NCBI GenBank assembly: GCA_963696385.1
Contig: CAVOKF010000005.1
Location: forward strand, 352,001 to 416,000
From: an uncultured delta proteobacterium
Lineage (GTDB): Bacteria; Myxococcota_A; Polyangia; Polyangiales; Polyangiaceae
DNA: 64,000 nt
Reading direction: 5' to 3'
Below are positions 62,541-64,000 of the stretch, piece by piece. Position 1 is the stretch's first letter, and every line of letters starts with the position of its first letter. A program made the position numbers and the translations under genes. Under the pieces are notes generated by a model, which worked only from the letters and a program-made list of their open reading frames with translations, ran no database searches and was not told where the DNA came from.

Positions 62541-64000
62541 ATGGCAGCCGTCCAACCGGAAAACACGATCGTCATCGGTGCATTGCTTGTTGGCAAGTAC
62601 CGTGTGACCCGCGAGCTGGGTCGCGGGGGGATGGCTGCTGTCTATGAGGCGGAGCACATCGACATTGGCAAGAGAATTGCGCTGAAGATCCTTGCCGCAG
62701 AGCTTTCGAGTTCCGTGATCGTCATCGAGCGCTTCGTGCGCGAGGCGCGAGCCGCGGCGAGCGTCAAGAGTCCGCACATCGTCGAGGTGTACGACTCGGG
62801 CCGACTGGAGGACGGGCGGCCATTCATCGCCATGGAGCTGCTCGAGGGCGAGTCGCTCTACGATCGCATGGCGCGCGTCCGGCTGATCGACGCGACGACG
62901 ACGGTTCGCATCATCGGGCAGGTGGCCAAGGGGCTCACCAAGGCGCACGCGATTGGCATCGTGCACCGCGATCTCAAGCCGGAGAACATCCATCTATGCA
63001 AGACCGATGACGGCGAGGAGATTGCGAAGATTCTCGATTTCGGGCTGGCAAAGTTTTACTCGCCCGTGGACGTCGACGAGAAAACCGCGCGCCTGACGCG
63101 CGAAGGCGCCGTGTTCGGAACGCCCGCGTACATGTCCCCTGAGCAGGTAAAGGGGCAGGGAAGCGTCGACCATCGGGCCGATCTATGGGCCCTTGGGTGC
63201 ATGGCCTTCGAGTGCTTGACGGGCCGTCCCGTGTGGAACACCGATCAAGGCGTGGCGATGACCTTTGCGGCGATCGCCACCGCGCCGCTGCCGCCGCCCA
63301 GCCGGCTTCGTCCGGATCTGCCCCTCGCGTTCGAGGTCTGGTTCAACAAGGCGCTTGAGCGCGATCCGGATCAGCGCTTTCAGACTGCCAAAGAGCTCGC
63401 CGACGAGCTCGCGAGAGCGTTGGACACGGCGCCCATTTCGCTCGTCGGCGTGGGGGGGCCATCGAGCCTGGCGGAGCTCGAGATTGGGGCCGCGATCCGG
63501 GACGCTCCGCCGTCCTCGCGCGATCCTGCGGGTCGACCGTTGCTTTCGGCGTCCGTCCGCCCAATGGCCACCGACAGCGACGCGGCGTTGGGCGTTTTAC
63601 CCGCGGGTCCGGCGCTCCATTCGCGGTCGGTGGCGCCGCCTCCGCCCCCCGGCGCCGGTCGCACCAGTCAACCGCTCGACCTTCTCAGCCTGCGCAATTC
63701 GACGTTCAGCGCGACCGACCTGCCGCCGACCGCTGCGTCGGAGCGGTCCCCGGCATCCCAGCCCACGCGCACTCGGTCGGGCTTCGGTCGCTTTTTCGCC
63801 ATGCTGCTGGTCGCCGCCGGCCTCTGTGTCGCCGGATGGTTCGCGTACCCGAAACTGCATGCGCGGTTCATGCGCCTGAAACCCGCCCCGAGCGCGCCGG
63901 TGGTCGCGGCCGTCAGCGCCGCAACCAGCGCGGATCGGGCTCCTGCGCCTTCGTCTGAGCCGGTTTGGATGACGGCCATCGAAGAGGGGCAGCAGTTCCT
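62541..64000 (+). CDS. Hanks-type Ser/Thr protein kinase with TM segment (runs off the window)
   Basis: Read directly: LGRGGMAAVY, ALK, HRDLKPEN, DFG, GTPAYMSPEQ, later FFAMLLVAAGLCVAGW. No stop seen before 64000. Confidence 0.92.
   Translation, partial: MAAVQPENTIVIGALLVGKYRVTRELGRGGMAAVYEAEHIDIGKRIALKILAAELSSSVIVIERFVREARAAASVKSPHIVEVYDSGRLEDGRPFIAMELLEGESLYDRMARVRLIDATTTVRIIGQVAKGLTKAHAIGIVHRDLKPENIHLCKTDDGEEIAKILDFGLAKFYSPVDVDEKTARLTREGAVFGTPAYMSPEQVKGQGSVDHRADLWALGCMAFECLTGRPVWNTDQGVAMTFAAIATAPLPPPSRLRPDLPLAFEVWFNKALERDPDQRFQTAKELADELARALDTAPISLVGVGGPSSLAELEIGAAIRDAPPSSRDPAGRPLLSASVRPMATDSDAALGVLPAGPALHSRSVAPPPPPGAGRTSQPLDLLSLRNSTFSATDLPPTAASERSPASQPTRTRSGFGRFFAMLLVAAGLCVAGWFAYPKLHARFMRLKPAPSAPVVAAVSAATSADRAPAPSSEPVWMTAIEEGQQF

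Overview
GC-rich bacterial window. Its gene content (FHA-GAF sigma54 activator, Hanks-type kinase, zinc-ribbon/TPR protein, Cys-rich lipoproteins with DAG/DGG linkers) suggests a myxobacterium, possibly Polyangiaceae-like; this is inference. Mostly housekeeping genes: dksA, uvrA, rsmA, DUF4350-MoxR-DUF58, mutS, yhhQ, gcvP/T/H, metK, gpsA, lepB, aldehyde dehydrogenase, and a second, double-length UvrA. The most unusual part is a ~14 kb envelope-glycosylation locus (25.3-39.6 kb): two GT-C-type membrane proteins, two GT2, three SAM methyltransferases, an epimerase, a GH5 lipoprotein and a discoidin-domain protein. Its intact genes alternate with short, ordered, partly inverted stubs of neighbouring genes and probable IS debris, which fits tandem amplification followed by reciprocal deletion. 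Other points: two tandem sigma54 promoters before a 60-aa ORF, a sensorless histidine kinase, and four single-base frameshifts that are probably sequencing errors. No rRNA, tRNA or CRISPR array was recognised. I cannot show that any system here is previously undescribed without database searches.
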